Shown here: positions 26,315 to 27,066 of the stretch, piece by piece
Position numbering within the stretch: the first letter of the stretch is position 1
Layout of the letters: each line of letters starts with the position of its first letter
From: a virus
Lineage: Duplodnaviria; Caudoviricetes
Length of the DNA stretch: 27,066 nucleotides
Direction: 5' to 3' (one strand)
Virus record (IMG/VR): IMGVR_UViG_3300030118_006722
Coordinates: 1 to 27,066 of that record
The notes under the pieces: generated by a model
Databases searched by the model: none
What the model was told of the DNA's origin: nothing
What the model saw: the letters and a program-made list of their open reading frames with translations, nothing else
Made by a program: the position numbers and the translations under genes

Positions 26315-27066
26315 CACTCATCCAGTGCAATAGCCCTCATGTCTCTGACTTTTGGGATTACTGTTGCATTATTTGAGGTTAGTGCTATTTTAATTGCAAA
26401 TGTTTTGAACTTCTCGTATGTTACATTTGAAGAAGTATATGTAATTGCATCATTTGCAGATTTAAATACTAATTCTTTTGTATCACCCTCTGTGAGTGAG
26501 AATACAGAACTTGGTGTTTCTTGTGACATCAAGACATAATCTTTTTTATCAAAATCCTCTGGATCTTCATCCGACTTAACTTTGAAATATACATGAAGAC
26601 CAGAACCAAGAGGTTTGTATGCATTGACTATGACTTTTAAATCTGATGCATCAAATCCATCCTCAAGTGTGACTCTTCTTGAGATATATTTTGTATTAAT
26701 ATTTCCACCAGATGATGCAGTCTCACCGACTATGTTTGCAACTGCAGGAGTTCCACTTGTTCCAGAGAATGGTGAGGAAATCGTGACAGTTGGTGTAGTT
26801 AAGTATCCAGAACCTGCAAGAACAGGGACAACATTAGAAACAGAACCAACTGCTGTACCAACAATTGCAAAAGTATCGGAATGAGTTGCATCTGAACCTG
26901 TTAAAGATTGTGCAGAGGTAGTGCCTGTGTCTGACCTAATAAAAGTTCCATTTGCAAATACACCGAATGAATTAGCTGTAGTCTTTATGGTAATTGATGA
27001 TACGTTCTTGGTTGGATCATCATCAATAAATGTTTGACTCTTGACTATACCTATTGCAGCATTAAC
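26314..27066 (-). CDS. C-terminal part of a large VrlC/DUF4815-type virion (baseplate-region) protein; begins beyond the right edge of the window
   Basis: Manual translation shows the frame is open for all 250 sense codons from the window edge: ...AGSGYLTTPTVTIS...GETASSGGNINTKYISRRVTLEDGFDASDLKVIVNAYKP....HVYFK...FKTFAIKIALTSNNATVIPKVRDMRAIALDE. The ORF track's 72-aa call is only its tail. Confidence 0.8.
   Translation of the reverse strand, partial: VNAAIGIVKSQTFIDDDPTKNVSSITIKTTANSFGVFANGTFIRSDTGTTSAQSLTGSDATHSDTFAIVGTAVGSVSNVVPVLAGSGYLTTPTVTISSPFSGTSGTPAVANIVGETASSGGNINTKYISRRVTLEDGFDASDLKVIVNAYKPLGSGLHVYFKVKSDEDPEDFDKKDYVLMSQETPSSVFSLTEGDTKELVFKSANDAITYTSSNVTYEKFKTFAIKIALTSNNATVIPKVRDMRAIALDE

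Noticed and set aside
26314-26532. 72-aa stand-alone ORF from the track
   Set aside because: The frame is open to the window edge; this is the tail of a larger gene.
333-26884. Many short plus-strand and off-frame minus-strand ORFs in the track
   Set aside because: All lie within long minus-strand genes, show no recognisable motifs, and are explained as shadows of codon bias.
1-27066. Alternative genetic code or tRNA genes
   Set aside because: Genes tile the window in the standard code with TAA/TGA stops, and the longest intergenic gap is 56 nt, too short for a tRNA.

Overview
AT-rich segment of a large T4-like myovirus genome, probably an uncultured marine phage. All credible genes are on the minus strand and form a tightly packed late virion operon. 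In transcription order (right to left): the 3' end of a VrlC/DUF4815-type structural gene, a small conserved protein, a 550-aa fibre, a 137-aa protein that duplicates that fibre's C-terminal domain, two giant LamG/concanavalin-like proteins (3421 and 2914 aa), a tail-fibre assembly chaperone-like protein, an Ig-like structural protein, gp13, gp14, gp15, gp16 and the 5' part of gp17. The most striking part is the 19-kb pair of giant genes. They look like one ordinary marine-phage LamG/SPRY receptor-binding protein inflated by two huge nested insertions (about 21 LamG-like domains by eye, plus two cupredoxin-like domains with complete His/Cys/His/Met copper ligand sets), then cleanly split into two genes in the middle of a domain. 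Family assignments come from motif recognition and synteny only; no database searches were run.
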